The position numbers and the translations under genes were made by a program. Below the pieces are notes generated by a model that searched no databases, was not told the origin of the DNA, and was given only the letters and a program-made list of their open reading frames with translations. A stretch of 57,295 bases of DNA, the filler included, from Sanchytrium tribonematis (taxonomy: Eukaryota), in assembly GCA_018985235.1 (NCBI GenBank). It is 5 parts of 5 records of this genome, joined end to end, with 100 filler letters (N's around TTAATTAATTAA, not from the genome) between each part and the next. Parts side by side here need not be neighbours in the genome. Positions count along the whole stretch, not along the records: positions 45,964 to 57,295 come from JADGIG010000264.1; 4 more parts are not named here. The stretch is one strand, 5' to 3'. Positions 55,401 to 57,295 of the stretch are shown here, piece by piece; the stretch's first letter is position 1; the number at the start of each line of letters is the position of its first letter.

Positions 55401-57295
55401 AAGTCATCTCACCTTCTTCAATCACTGAATTTCGCCCTATTTCACTTCTTCTAACAATCAGAAAGATTTTCGAATGTTATTTAAATTTTGCGATTAAAAT
55501 CAAATTACCCCACAACCAATTTGGCTTTCAACGCAACAGTTCCATACATGATGCAGTGATGCACCTTCAGAGACTAATTAAATCAAAATCACGAATAAAT
55601 CAACCAATCCAATACATCTGTTTATTGGATGTTAAGAAGGCTTACGATAGTCTGGATCGGAAGTCATTATTGAATTTATTTGGGGATTGCTCAGGGTAGC
55701 AGCATATCCCCTGCTTTATTTGCATTTTCTCTTTATCCTCTATATGATATTTATGATGATTTATTCAAATTACAATTTTATGCTGACGATATCGCGTTGA
55801 CGGCTAATACAAAACATAATTTAATAAGAGCATTGCGCGAGATTCACAGTAAATTAAATGACATTGGGCTATCACTTAATCCTCAGAAATCAATAATAAT
55901 TACGCATCCTAATTTATTGATTGAAAATGAGCAAATTATGGAAATTCCAACAACTTCAGAATCTCAAAGATACCTCGGTTATTACATAGATATTTGTGGT
56001 GTTAATAAAACAGTCATGTTTGAGAAGAAAAAGAAACAGATTGCATCTAAAATGGGTCATTTGAGATCACTTGGAGTATTCAAGCATGGTTTGCCATTAT
56101 CCATTTCTACCACATTAATGACTGCGCATTTAACCCCTCTAATCGATTTTGGATTCCAGTGTATTCAATATACCAAATTGCAACACAAACAACTACAAAC
56201 AATAATTAAAAAGCATGTCAAGAGGGTAATTGGTGCGAAAATGACAATCCCGAATTCACTTTTAGATTTAATAGCCAAAATGCCAAATACTAAGGATAGA
56301 AATGACTATTTGAATAAAAAGCAGAGAGTGCACTATGGATGGAGATTTTATATAGATAATACAAATGTGAATTTCCATAGAACAAATGGAAGTTTTAAAT
56401 TCCACCCCTATTTATTGCAAAATCCAAAATCAATGACTGCAAAGTTATTAACATGGGATTTTAAACCAAATGCTAGAAGTAATGATTGTAGAACTTGTCA
56501 TAACAGTCATTCATATTTATATGCGCGCTTGAAATGTTTTGCAACTCATCACAATTTACTTGATAATTTGCCTAATCAACCATCCAATGACCAAGGAAAC
56601 AGCAAAACAAATGAGAATGAATATCCAAATGATAATATTCAGGAAAATATCACAGTGGTGGCTTGTGATGCATCAATTTCAAACAATAAAATTGGAATTG
56701 GATTAATTGTGAAAAATGCTACAAATGAGATTACAGATGAAATTAGTTATACAGTACTAGAAAATACAAATAAGAAACCATCATCCACTGAAGTGGAACT
56801 TCTTGGAATCAAGAAATCATTGGATTATTTAATCCAAAATGAAATTGAAAATGGATTAATTATTTGTGATAATATTGGGGCTGTAAAGATATTCAACTAT
56901 TTAAAAAACAAACAAAATGATCCCAGTAAACATGCTTTAGGATATCATTTAAATTATTTACAAAATTACGACATTCCAGGCATTTCAGCAAAATGGGTCA
57001 AAGGACACAATGGAAATGCGATGAATGAGAGATCAGATTATCTGGCTAAACATGCAGATAATAGAAATAGATTATATATGCAATCCATTGCATATTCAAA
57101 ATCGAAACTACAGAATTATTTACACTTATTTGATAAAAAGGTGAATCTTGATTTATTGAACTCAAATCAAGAAAATATATTGAATAATAGAATCAGAGCA
57201 TTTAAGAATCACTTTAATTTACATTGATTGTTATCAGGTATTCAAAATAGTCATTGACTAATTGAGAATCCCTTTAATAAATCTTCTTCTTCTTA
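52485..57295 (+). mobile_element. Degenerate non-LTR retrotransposon (ORF1-like region, APE endonuclease, RT, Cys/His motif, RNase H)
   Basis: SWNCNG, LSET, GDIN, DIDHI, SDH; RPISLL, LDVKKAYD, QGS, YADD, YLG; RNase H DAS..E..D..WVKGH.G..NE.SD; frameshifts and an RT deletion near 55680; AATAAA + (TTC)n tail; left boundary approximate. Confidence 0.9.

Noticed and set aside
1..57295. Alternative genetic code, CRISPR arrays, tRNA/rRNA genes, prokaryotic defence systems
   Set aside because: Conserved genes end at TAA/TAG/TGA with no in-frame stops after splicing; no repeat-spacer array or recognisable tRNA/rRNA seen

Overview
This is not a prokaryotic locus. It is five whole contigs (11439, 11424, 11354, 11346 and 11332 bp, in descending length) joined by artificial N44-TTAATTAATTAA-N44 linkers, so synteny across linkers is meaningless. 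The DNA comes from an AT-rich, very gene-dense eukaryote using the standard genetic code. A Rom2-type DH-PH-CNH GEF, an ATP-dependent PEPCK, a Kre9/Knh1-like GPI protein and the complex I factor NDUFAF5 point to a fungus or close relative with a respiring mitochondrion (inference). The main discovery is a population of ultra-short spliceosomal introns: eight GT-AG introns, seven of 19 nt and one of 20 nt. Each repairs a frame break, and all end in YTHATNYAG with an invariant A six bases from the 3' end. One lies inside a Mutator transposase. Other compaction signals are stop codons fused into AATAAA, signal peptides of about 10 aa and very short intergenic gaps. Accessory content includes (i) a family of secreted prepro-proteins (C-x7-C prodomain, KR dibasic site, hydrophobic hairpin) with a shared promoter, (ii) a cluster of small secreted WxC proteins with a shared promoter, two of them knocked out by LTR insertions with exact TSDs, and (iii) transposons: a MULE with a 9-bp TSD inside a Gypsy RT, a MITE, a solo LTR and a degenerate APE-RT-RNase H LINE.
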